Shown in pieces: positions 9,401 through 21,092 of a DNA stretch of 64,000 nucleotides (positions are counted from its first letter, which is position 1; every line of letters starts with the position of its first letter). The translations under genes were made by a program, and so were the position numbers. The DNA lies in assembly GCA_025558095.1 (NCBI GenBank), contig JAIVFI010000003.1, positions 868,001-932,000 of the forward strand, read 5' to 3'. This stretch comes from Hyaloraphidium curvatum SAG 235-1. Its lineage: Eukaryota > Fungi > Monoblepharomycota. Below the pieces are notes generated by a model. The model saw only the letters and a list, made by a program, of their open reading frames with translations. It was not told the origin of the DNA and made no database searches.

Positions 9401-12400
9401 TCGCGGGCTGCACGCGCGGAGGAGGCGTTTGCGACGAAGAGTCGACGCGGTGTCGGGGCTTGGGCAAGGGGAGGTCGCGGATGGCGACGTCGGTTCGACC
9501 GATGGCCTTGAGCTTGGCCGCGAAGCGGGCGAGATGGCGGCCCGCCGACTTGAAGCCGCTTTTGTAGCCCTTCTGCACGCCGCCGTCCGAATTGGCCTTG
9601 ATCTCGAAGGTTCCGTCGGGCCCTTGCTCATTTTCGGCTGACGTCGAGGCAGAGGAGGTCGGCGGAGGTGCGGAGGTGCCCGTGCTGGCGGCGGCGGGAG
9701 CAGGCTCGTTTTGCTGGCGTTCTTTCTCTCTCTCGTCAGCCGCAGCGCTCCGCGCATCCATCAGCAACTTCCGGTGAGGTTCAAGGAGCCGGAGGAGGGC
9801 AAGGCGCACGGGCATGCAGCGCGTGATCTTGATGTGGTCGGCGCTGCGGCGCTTGCGCTTCTTCTTAGTCCCGTCCTCGGCGTCCGCGGCTGCGGCTTCT
9901 TGAGCAGCAGCAGGCGCGCCGCCGCCCGCGGGGAGACCCTCGGCCTCGACGTCCGCCATCTCCACATCCTCGTCCTCGTCCTCGTCCTCATCATCGTCAT
10001 CGCCGTCGTCGCCGTCCGCCTCGGCGAGATCGTCGCTGCGCTCGACCTGAGCCTTCTTGCGAACGCCGGGCGCCTGAATCTCGAGCTTCCCGGTGCGGAA
10101 GGAAGTCAGTTTCGCGGAGACGAGCGCGGCAGTCGCCACAGGCACCTTGCGCACGTCGTCCTCCGTGGCCTCGCCGGCGGCCTGGTACGGAACGTACGAG
10201 AGCATGGCCGGCTTGCCCATCTCGGGATAGAGCCGAGGATCGGCGTACTTGTACCGCGGGTGGCTCCAACGCTTGCCGTTCATGGCGTTGGCGAGCTGCT
10301 TGAAGTACTCGAGCCTGTTGTCGCACCACGCACTGTACGCGTCCTGCGGGAGACCGTGTGTCAGCAGCGCGAAAAGAGGCTTCGGGTGGCAAGGCAACGG
10401 ACCTTCCGAGTCTCGTGCTCCTCGCCGTAGCCCACGTAGACCTCGTGCGTGAACTGGCCCTTCCGGTCCGGGTGCTCCGTCTCCATCTTGAACGACCAGG
10501 TGTTGAAGAGGTCCGGAGGAGGATTGGGGAGGACGAGCTGCGGGCGATCGAACGTTTAGGCAGCGCAAGCGGTGGCAGCCAGAGCCGCGGTAGCTCACCT
10601 GTTTGGGGGTTCGGAGCTGGTCAACGACCTCGGGATCGAACCGATCGAAGAGCGCGGATATGGTCTTCAGCACCGAGACGACCTTGTCGGCGTCCTCCTG
10701 CGTCATGTCGGTGCGGATGTGGCCCTTCCGCTCCGCTTCCTTTTGCGCTGCTTCGGCAGCCTCCTCGAACTGCTCGGCGATCTCCTTGGCGTCCTCGATC
10801 GACAGCTCCTCGTCGTCGTCGTGGTCATCGTCGTGGTCATCGTCGTGCTCGTCGCGCTCGGCGTGTGCAAGTGCCTCGGCCTGTTCGGTCGCCTCCGCCT
10901 CCTCTTCCTGCGCCTCCTCGTCGTCCTTGTCCTCGGCGATCCCCATCGGCCGGCGGCCCACGGTGATGAAGGCGAGGTCGACGTCGTCCGGCTTCATGTT
11001 GCGGTTGAACGCCTCGCGCGCGCGGGAGGCGAGGTGCTTGACCTTCCTGGGGTCGGCCTTGGAGGAGAGGAGGAGGCAGCGGATCACGGTGGTGATGAGC
11101 GGGCCCGAGGCGACGAGCATGTTGCAGAGCGCGGTGAGGTATCGGTCCGCCGTCTGGGCAAGGGCCTGCGAGGTCCATGATTGGGCATGGTCAGGGTGGG
11201 ACGGGGCTGGAGAGCCACGAGGACGCACCAAGTCCGTGACGCCGTAGTCGTTCTTGACCTTGTCGTCCAACAAGCCCTTGTCGATGACCTCCTGGACCGA
11301 CTTGCGCAGGCGATCGAAAGTGTTGCGCACGCGCACCTTGTCCTCCTCCGAGACGTTGGACTCGTTGAACGAAAACTTGATCTCAGGGTCCCGGCGAGCA
11401 ACTGAGGATGCCGATAAGCATCGTGCCGAGCAAGCGGCGCAAAATGCGAGACCAACCCATCTTGAAGAGCGCACGCATCGAAGACGACGACATGGCGAAG
11501 TCAAAGTCGTCCGGAAGATGGGCGACGAAGTGATTGACGAACATCTGACTTGCTTCCGTATCTGCGCGGCTGAGGTTGGACATCCCCCGTTTCCAAGGCC
11601 CGAGCAGGTCGCGAAACATGGGCAAGACGAGGGATTCGAGGGCCACGTGGGGCCTCGCAACGTAACGTTCCTGCATGAGCCGCAATCAGCGCGATCGGAT
11701 GAGCCGGCGCGGCACGACCCACGTGGACGCGGAAAAGCTGCTTGCCCTCGGGGTCGAGCTGGTTGGCGAGCGACTCGGCCCACAGCACCGTGGCGAGCGA
11801 GCACCCCTTGTCGTGCTTGTCGCCCTTGCGCCCGCACGAGATGCACTTTTCCTGCGCGCGACCGCGGCCCGCCTGCGCGCCGTCCTTGATCACCGCCTCG
11901 GGAATGTCGCCTGCAGTGTGCCGCGTGCCCGTCAGGCGCGCCGCGGCGATGTTCCGGTCCTTCTTGAGTGTGATGTCGGTGACAAGCGGCAGCCCTGGGG
12001 AAAAGAGCGTCAGTCTCGTTCATTGCGATGGCGAGTGATGCCTCACCGTGCGCGATCGCGCTCTCCCTCGCGCGGAAGAACTCCGCCGCATCGTAGACGG
12101 GAGGGAAGAAGATGGCGGGGCCCGGAGGGGGGTGGAAGCGCTTCCGATCGTCGTCCTCGCGCTCCCGCGCCGTCGTGCGCTGGGCTCGCTCGGTGCCGAT
12201 CCTGCGGAAACGAAAGGGCTGTCAGATCGCACGCCGCAGGCGATCGGCCGAATAGCTGGCTTACCGGAAGCCGCGGACGAGGTCCTCGGGCACGCCAGCC
12301 TTGAGCGCCGCGTGGACGATCGCCTCCAAATCCTGGCCCTTGACCGAGACCTCTGTGCCATCCCCCAACTTGAAGGTAGCCCTTCCATGCTCCCGCTCCT

Positions 12401-15400
12401 GGTGCTGGCCGATAACACGGTCGGGCTCGAACAGCACGCCGCGCGCCGCCATCGAAACCAGTTCCCGCGGGTAGCCGCCGCAGTGGATGCAGTAGCCGTG
12501 CTCCGCGGCCGCGGAGGTGCCGGCCTGGATGCCGCACTTGAAGTTGAGCATTCCGAGGATGTTGGAGAGCGCGACAAGCGCCTCGCCCTGGATGGCAAGG
12601 TGGTGTAGGGTCGTGGCAGCACACTTGGGCGTCTGAAGGCAGAATCCCACGGCCGGCTCGGTGCGGTGGAAGATGTTGTGGGGAAGCGCGGAGTAGTACG
12701 ACTCGAGGTGCGCGCGGATCTTCGGCAGCCAGGCGAGCCACCTGGCAAGTGTGTCGGCGTCAGCTTCCGCCTCGTCGAGGTCCTTCTTCAGCTTCTTGAA
12801 GCGCTCGTCTGCGGACTGAAAAGCCCTCCGTAGCCCTTGGTAGCCGGTTTGGCGGCCCAGCTCGGTGCGTATCAAGTCGTTGCGCGCCTCGCGACTGCCA
12901 GGATCGATGCCGCGCCTCTCGGCCTCCCGCCTCACGAAGACGTCGTACTCGTGCCAGGCCTGCCGCGCAGCCCGCTCGGCATCTTCGAAATGCCCACGCA
13001 GCTCGGCCACGCGCTTGTTGCGCTCGGCAGCGTTCTCCTCCGAAACGATCTTGCACTGCAGAAAGAGGTCGTGAAGGCTGCGGAAAGCACCCAGGGTGGT
13101 GGCAGGGAACGGCCTCTGCGTTGCCCGGCCGTCGAGGGTCCAGATAACGTCGGCGTGCTTGAGGCTATCCGCGGCCCGGATTATGCCCTCCTCCTTGGTG
13201 AGGCGCTCCGAAACGCTCCCGTCGGCGGTGCCCTCCGGCGGAGCCCGGATGGCGGCAAAGCCTGCCCGAAGGTTGTACCAGAAGTCCCAGGCGCAGCGAC
13301 GGAGCCGGATGCATTCCGCCGACTTCACCTGCCGGAGCTTCGCCTGCTTGTTCTTCTCCGCCTTGGAGAGCGCTTCCCTCTGCGCTTTGGAAGCCGAGGA
13401 CCTGCGCAAGGGGTCCAGGGCCTCCTCGACGAGCCGCTCGAAACCCGGTCCCGGTTCCTTTCCCGCCAGCTCGGCTAGCTTGTCGGGCACGTGCACGCCT
13501 CCTGCGCCGAGATCCTTCAGCCTGCCGACTAGCTCCTCGACCATCTCCCGCAGAATTAGCCGCTTCTTGGGCTGCAGCTCGCCCTCCTTGGCGAGGCAGT
13601 CCCTGGGGAACACCTCAGCAATGAGCAGCTCAAACCCCCTTCGGTCTTTCGCCCTCATGATGTCGTGGAGGAGGAACTCGTTTGCCAGGTTGTGGCCGCC
13701 GTTCCGAAAAGGCTTGCCGGCCAGCTTCTCGGCAATCTTCCGCACGATCGGGCCGTAGATTTCGTCCGCCGCGAGCATGTCGATATCTTGGCCTGGAAAG
13801 AAGTCATCCACGATGTGCCTGACAGTGAGGGACGGGATCGGCGCCCTCTTGCCCGCGGGAGCGCAATTCATCTAGCGGGAAGGAGCCGAGTCAGCTGAGA
13901 ATCCAAGGCAGCGGACGCGGAGTACCCACCCGGAGTTGCATTCGAAAGCGCTCGTCCCCTTGCCGCTTGATCTCGGCCTCCTCTTCCGCCAACATGGCCC
14001 GGATGTTGAGATTGCGCCTGAGAAGCTCCGGGACCGGTATCGCGGCAGCGCCTTCTCCACCAGCCTCCTCCGTTCCCGCCCCGCCGCGAGGTCGCTTCGG
14101 CGGTGGGCTGTTGCCCACGGAGGGCGCGGCGCTGTGCACGGGCCCCGGAGGCCCGGTCCCGCGGCGCACCTCCTTCAACGCGCGGTGCTCGAGGTTGGTC
14201 GAGGTCTGCACGGCGGGGTGGTCAGGCTGACGGAAATGGTGCAATAGACTGGGAGCCAAAACGCACGTTCTTGGAGGCCACGGCATTGAAAGGCTGCTCG
14301 CGGTGGATAGACCCCGGCTGCCTGTCGTCCATGCCAACGTAGGGCAGCTCCTCGCGGCTGGGCACCGGCTCCGCTCCGTCGTCGCTCTGATTAGAGGCGG
14401 CGAGTCAGCTTTGGTCCGAGCTCGAGAAGGCGGCAACCCACCACCGGGTTGCTGGCAAAGTAGGCCCCCAGGAAAGAGTCGAGCCCACGATCGCGGTGCA
14501 GGTACGGATCGAGCTTGTGGCCTTGCTGCACGCCGAGCCGCTCCGCGATGCCGGTGATGCCCTTCTTCTCGTAGATCCGACGGACGTCGGCGACGGTCTG
14601 CATCGACGACCGAGACAGAAGGTACTCAAGAAGCGACCAGAGCGGCGACACGTTGCCGAAGCCGTTACGGAAGAGCTCGAGCACGGACTGAAGAGGATGT
14701 CCGTCAGGCAAACTATGCAGCACAGCGCGCGCGCAGACACCCACCGCGACGGGAGGAGGGCCCACGGGCTCCGGCTCCAGGCGACTCCCGGGGAGCTGCG
14801 CGGCAACCCGCCTGTAGTCGCCGGCCGAGATCAGCAGCTGTGGTCCAGATGTGCCGAAGTCGCTCTGTGCGGGCTTCGGTGAGCAGGGACTTGCTAGCGG
14901 CAAGCATGGCGAAGCCAACCTTGATGAAGATGGCGCCGAGCTCGGTCCAGCCAGGAAGCACCCGGGAGTTCGGTTGCGCCCGAAACGTAGCAAAATGCCG
15001 CACATCCCGTGCGGTGTCCTGGTCGATCTCGAGGCCCTTTCCGTGCGCCCAATCGATAAGGCCGAAGAAAAGCCGGCGCCCGAGCTCGTAAGCGTGGTAC
15101 TTGAGGATCTCCAGACCGAAGACGGGATCGCCAGCACCCAGATTGAGCAGATGGGCCTGAACGGCCGCAGGAGCAGCGAAGCCCATCAAAGTGCAGAGGC
15201 CATGACAAACGAGGTGCACCCCAACTTCTTTCAGCCGGCTGTCCATGTAAAGCTTGCCCGCAAACGCTTCCCATTCGTGAAGACCGGCTGACGGCAGGTG
15301 CCGACGCTCCAGCACGTTGGCCTGGTCCGCGACGGTCTGAGCGGCGGCGCCCACGTCCGCGTCGGCCGCCGGGATGTCGCGGGGCTCAGCGGCCTGTGCC

Positions 15401-16369
15401 GTCGGCTGACCATACGTTAGGCCGGCCAGCTCTTGGTCACGTACGGCCTTGACCAGGTCGGCGCTGCCTATGCCGTAGCGCTCCCGTGTCTCCCCGACAA
15501 TACGCTGGATGCGCTCGCGCTGCGCACGGGAACAGCAGTGAGCCAAATGCGCAGTCTGCGCACTCCCGGAACTTACATGGAGGCAGTACAGCATGAGGTT
15601 GTCGACGAGCGGGTTTGCTCGGTGAGATAATCCCCCGACCTCGTTCGTAAGGAGAATCCTGACGTCCTGGTCCTTAAAGACGTCGGCGAGCTTGCCTTCT
15701 GCCAGAAGCAGCTCGCGCACGCCCTTTAGGCCGCCGCTGGCGAACTTCTCGAGCAGATCTGCCACCGACTTGAACACCACGTCCACGCGTGCCAAGAGCT
15801 TGCGGCGGTCCTCGGGATCGCGGATCGCCTGCACCGCATGCCTGAATAGATCCGACGGTTTCTGAGCGCGGCGGAAGAATGTCAGCCTCGGTTATGGTCC
15901 GCCGATGGAAGTTCACCACCTCCGGGTTGCTCAGCGGAGGCCTCCTGAACACGTAAGCCTCGTTCAAGTCGACGCCGCCCTGGAGGAACCGTTCCCTTCC
16001 GGAATCCGTCCTGCTCGGCCCGGCGGATGGTGGCTGCTGGAGAGCGGCCTGCTGGAGAGCGGCCTGCTGGAGAGCGGCCGGCGATGCTGGCCGTGCGACG
16101 AGGGACGCGGCCGGTGGGACAAGTGGCGCGACGCCGCCGCGGCCCCGTCCCCTCGGCTGCGTAGCACCTCGCTGGGCGGCGGGCTGGGGGTTAGCAGATC
16201 CACCGCGTCCGCCTCTGGGCGCGGCAGCGGCAGGTGCGGCCGGCGGAGCCGAGGCGGGCGTGCCCGCGCCCCCGCCTCCGCGGGAGGCCCCACCACGGCC
16301 GCCGCCACGCCCTCCGCCGCGGCCACGTCCGCCGCGTTGAGATCCGGCGCTGGAAGAGCCGCGAGTCAT
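6410..16369 (-). CDS. Giant Fanzor1 (TnpB-like RNA-guided RuvC endonuclease), 22 exons, about 2,909 aa
   Basis: Manual splicing with introns 15862-15916, 15520-15576, 14865-14919, 14387-14441, 14206-14266, 13872-13929, 12202-12264, 11995-12046, 11671-11722, 11402-11456, 11166-11228, 10538-10598, 10344-10402, 8969-9024, 8593-8648, 7669-7729, 7338-7400 (GC-AG), 7249-7312, 6859-6920, 6668-6726, 6538-6600 gives one open frame with every phase compatible. RuvC-I KIGGDAGQRE (D 8528-8530); NIPTSKT..EFY..LR; IVALGDAVW..GTPSTP; SVREYHTSMMCYSC (E 6760-6762); CWLC; WNRDVSASLNM (D 6503-6505); C-terminal RRPRGF. Confidence 0.85.
16034..16078. repeat. Three perfect 15-bp tandem copies of CTGCTGGAGAGCGGC (encode AALQQ x3 in Fanzor exon 1)
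   Basis: Read directly at 16034-16048, 16049-16063 and 16064-16078. Confidence 0.9.
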
Positions 16370-17593
16370 GGCTGATGGGCGCTGCTGGCGTTCTCGCACG
16401 CGTCGTGCCGCAAGTGATGAAGGGCGCCGACACGGCGCGCCTAACCCAAGGCCACGCGTCCAGACGCGTCCAAAAGCCCTTCGCAGTTTCCGTTTCCAAA
16501 CAGTTCCACAGCAGCCTGCCGCTCGGCTCGCCCTCCCTACTTGCCAGGGGCTCACCAGCCGGAGCCGATTGACCGGGGGTCCCGGCAACTCCGCCACGCT
16601 CGGACCGGCGAGCGGGATCGGACTCCCGCGTCCCCGCGAAAGCTCCCTGCACCGCTACGTAGAGGCTGGGAGATTGAACGCCAAGGAGCTCGCGCTCGAT
16701 TCCGCTCTTCTTTCGATTCGGCTGCCAGCTTCGAGGGGATTCCCGCCGCGCATTGTCCTCGCGCCGGCGGATGCCAGCGCGGCTCCAGATACCCGGTCCT
16801 TTGAGCTCCAGAGGAGGATAGCCGCGACCACGGGACCTCCGTTGCTTCCAATGTTTCGGCGAGGCGAGACGGTCAAGCAACGGATGCGGTGCGGGATCCT
16901 CAGCATTGGCCCCTGAACGGCCCGAATCCTCCTGGAATCGTTTTTCCTCGCGGCATACCGGGAGCTCGGCCACCTTTCTGTGGAATGCCTGCGGTGGCAG
17001 GTCGCGGAAAGGAAGTTTCCATGGTTCGACAGTACCGCGGAGCTTCGGCCGTCATATCGGCGGTGATCGGGCGCAAAAGGGAGCCGCGCCGTCGGCATCG
17101 CCTTCCAAGATGCGTTTGGCGCCGTCTAGGTGTCATTTCAACGGGGATGCGCTGCAGGTCGAGGGGTTCGTGGCGCGGTCGTCTCGAGGCAACATCAAAC
17201 ATCGATGAAGTCGCTGATTTGCAATCTCTTCATGTACGGCCAGACCAATGCATCTCGAGAAACTAGCTTGGGCCGCCCGTACTTCGGTCAAGTTGTCTCC
17301 AACCTCCGTTGCCTGAGGAGCGTTGCGCCGTTCCGAGCTGACCCGGCGACCCCAAGGCTATGCCTTCAATAATACTCACGCCTGCCAAACCGCGCCCGCG
17401 GGCTGTCCGTCACTCTCTCCTCTCGTCTCGATCACCGTCCAGAACCTCTCTAATGGTTTACGTCGGGCTCATCTGTGTCCCGCGGAGTGGAGTCCGCCTC
17501 GTAGCGTTGTTCAAGCGAGAGGCAAGCTAGATTCCTGCATCCGGCGGTGATCGTCGGGCAGATCCTTTGGTTAGTGCCTACGTCCACCATCCA

Positions 17594-19359
17594 CTAGGAT
17601 TGCTCCGTTTTGGCATCGTCGGCATCGCGTGGAAACGTCAGGGCTTCCGCTGCTGGTCGCAGTCGAGGGCTGCTCTGCAGCCTTATCGCGCCACGCGGCA
17701 ACAAGGTCTGGGGCATCGCAGCACGGCACGGCGTCGCACACCTCGGAGCAGCAGCCGGGACCACGTCAAACAGGACCTTGTGCTTGCCATCCACCATGAG
17801 CACGCACGAGACTGGCGGCGAACCGAGGGATTGGAATACCCGAACCAGCCATTGCGAGTCGGGCGCCGAGGCGGCAATCGCCCCGACCGCTTCAATGGTC
17901 TTCATCCCGCACAAGTGTACGCAGAGCAAATCATACACCTCTACAACGGTTTTTTGCCCTTCAAGCTCTCGGAACCGCCCCAGGATTGACGATGCAGGCG
18001 CTTGACCGTTTTGGCTGGGAGCATTCCCTGCCTTCATCTGCCCCCAACTCGATCAATACCTCTGTTCCGACATTGTCGATACGATATAGCACCCAAAAAC
18101 TCGTGCTAACCGGGCGGATGTGGTCGGGAACGCGCTGTATCTTGCCCAGTTGTTTGTTCCATCTCGGGGAGAAGCGCATCCGGACGATCCCTGCAGATAC
18201 ACGCACTGGCAGTACAAGCAGTGCATGCTTGTTCATTGTCATCACCCGGACTCGCCGATTGGTTCTCCATCTCAGTAGCTTTTGCCGTTCGGCTGGACAC
18301 GCACGTCCGACCTCCCCCAAAGCATACAGTGCGTACTTCCATGCTGGGAAGATCTACAATAGCGATAGTCTGCCAGAATGAGATCACAGATATGCTGTTT
18401 CTTTTTCTGGGCCCGTGGTGACCGCAGCTTCTCACTTTTGGCTTGTCAAGTCGTTTCCGGTGAACGGTCTCGGCTGGCGAGAAAGGGGCACCCACCCAAA
18501 AGCCAGTCCACGAGGCAGGTCGCAGCAAAGCCGGCCCGGCAAGCATGTCAAGAATGAACGGGCATCCACTTCATACCCTGCACTTCAGGTTCCCATTCCG
18601 AGTGCACGGTGTGGGCCTCCTTGCATCTGCGGTCCTCCGGTGCATGCCGTTCGGAGCAGGCAGTCTCCCGATGCTCGATTCTGCTGTACCGTTATGTGGA
18701 CGTTCCATCTCAATGGAGGGAATGATGGCAGGTGTCATGATCAGGCTAGGAAAACTCAAGGTGTGGTTCAGAAATCCGAGCTACCGTCCCATCTATGCGT
18801 CTTGATTGGTGCTGCACGCCTCCTTCGATTGCGTTGTAGGCACTTGGTTGATGATTTCTTCACGTTCAATGCGGCTGGAAGCAAACTCTGGGGCATGTCA
18901 AGACTCTGGTAACGTTGCCTACGAGAGGCGGAATTGGAGGCCATGAATACGGCACTTAACGACAAGGAAGCCAGGAATCAGTCCCAACATGGATCATAAT
19001 GACGCATAAAATGGCTTTCTGAACCGAAGCATCAGTGCTCCAGTGTCTGTGCCGATAGCGAGAGTCAGCTTATGCTTCCACTTTGCAAGATTCACGGCAT
19101 CGATCACAATGACGAGCTTATCAGCATCCATGTTTCGACGGTTTCGGCTATCAGCGTAGGTTTCGTGGCCCAACAGCTTCTCTCCCTCCCCGGCATGAGC
19201 AGGGAGATGCCGGACTGTGACATAGGTCAAATCAAGATCTCGCCATGGATCGCACCAGCGCGTGACAAGGCGCGTGCCTCCTGCCACCGGCAATGGCAGT
19301 CTCAACAAGCCGTTTTGCTGTGCGTGATCATCCTCGTCCAATAGACTGACGAGCTCCAT
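17594..19359 (-). other. Unresolved lower-GC cargo segment, possibly a spliced or degenerate gene
   Basis: Protein-like minus ORFs 18994-19359, 17961-18320 and 17594-18037; visibly more AT-rich than flanking host genes; no family recognised and no convincing splice model. Confidence 0.25.
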
Positions 19360-19513
19360 GATCGCCGCGAGGAGGGGGGCTCAGTCTTCAAGCTGATAGA
19401 GCCAGGGAATCAGGCACGGCCCCGTGCTGCGTAAATTTGATTCAGCGGACCGAAAAATCCATTGTGAAACGACGGTGGCTTGCTTTGACCCAGGCACGGG
19501 TGAGAAAAGGGTT

Positions 19514-19783
19514 GGTTGACTTTGTCCTCGGGCGGTCCACGAGTTTGGCTTTGGTCCACGAGGACGTTGCCCGGCCGGTCCACGGCCACCGCTTCTGGTC
19601 CACGGCCACTGTTGACGGTCTACCATTTGCACGAATGGCCCACGCCGGGGTTCTCTGGTCTGCCAAACCTGAAGCGGTCCACGACTGCGCGGACGGTTCA
19701 CGGAAACCTGAAGTGGTCCACGACTGCACGAGCGGTTCACGGATGCCCCAAAATGGTCTACGGCGATGCGCAGGTGGTTCACC
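19514..19783. repeat. Phased array of 14 GGTYYACS-like octamers at about 20-bp period with variable spacers
   Basis: Motif starts at 19514, 19534, 19553, 19577, 19597, 19617, 19637, 19657, 19676, 19695, 19715, 19734, 19755, 19776; includes a near-perfect 39-bp duplication (19665-19703 / 19704-19742). Confidence 0.85.
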
Positions 19784-21092
19784 GCCGCTGTTTCCGACTC
19801 GTATCAGCGTCCTTCACGCGGAACATTCCGCCGACCCCACGGGGCATCTATGGCCGCTGCCGCGCGCTCTACGGTGCTCCAGAGGGCGGCAAGGAGTCGG
19901 GGTCCGAGCTTCGCCCCGCGCGGACCGGAGCGCCAGGACTTGGGAAGCCGGAGATATCCTTCAAACTGCCGCCGGCCCCGCTCGTTGAGGCTGCTCAGGA
20001 AGCGCACGGTCGTGTCGCCCGAATCGTGCGAGTAGCCACACAGTGCCGCCGCACGAACAAAGCGATCCGCGACTATTGCGATCTTGGCGCCAACTGATGT
20101 GCGGACGAGTCGCAAGACTGCCCGGAGGGACGGCCAGGCCGCATAGGGCCCGTCTGACGCCCACAGCGGGGTGCGTGCGCCCGAGGCGTCGGCCGCCCAG
20201 TGATCGGACCATTTGGACCTAAGCCTTTCGACGAAGCACCGGGTGCGGCGCATCTCTGCGCTGTCTACGAGCTGTTCACCGCTCATCAAGGAGAATCGGC
20301 GCACGGCAGGTGCACAGTAGCGGCCGCAGCATCCGCAAGATCGGAGCACAACTCAGCCGGAAGGACTGCTTGCGTAGTGAAGACAAAGGAAAAGCGACGC
20401 AATGCCATCTCCGAGATTCAAACAGCAATCAGACGCTTTGAGGCTGGCTCTCGCTGCAATCAGGCTGGGCGATGGTGTTGCAGGTGCAAGAGATTCGGAG
20501 CAGGAGTCAGCCGCACCCACAAGCCGGCACAAACACCAAACATCAGTGCTTCCGAAACTCTTCCATGCAGCCGTCATAATCTAATCTCCGGCAGTTCAAG
20601 TGTGCAGCTGCGGTCCATGGCCCCGGCGGACATCCGACAAAGGAACGGGCAATTTGCCCAAAGAAAGGAGCCGTTCGGGGCGAACCAGTGTGGTCTACAT
20701 GTTAGCTACTTTGAATCTCACGGAATTGGCTTGCCTAAACAGTGGGACTGTGCTCTTCTGGAGTCTTTGGCAAGGAAATGCTGTTCGGATGGAATTCGAG
20801 ATCGTCGCAAGTGTTGCTCGGGCGGCCAACCGGGCGGCCAGCGCGCGCGCGCCCAACGTTCTAGCCCCACACAGCCAACTCTTTTGAGACGAGGGTGCCG
20901 CCGCCGCGCCGAATCCTACGGGCCGCGTCGCTCCAAAAACGTGCGTTGGAAGCGCGGTGTCGGGTCGCCGGCCAGGAAGCGCACCGCGTCCGGCGCGCAG
21001 CACGCCCACCATGTTCGCACCGGCTCACACCGGCGGATCCGCATTTGCCCCGCAGCTCCCGCCGATTCCGAGTCTTTCCGCAGTTTGCCAGG

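Noticed and set aside
7004-16597. ORFs 7004-8503, 8871-12023, 12261-13871, 14713-15834 and 15674-16597 as separate genes
   Set aside because: Each begins or ends at a canonical splice site in compatible phase, so they are better explained as exons of one gene.
19514-19783. CRISPR array
   Set aside because: Repeats are 8 bp and degenerate, spacers about 12 bp, and there are no cas genes in this eukaryotic context; kept as a motif array instead.
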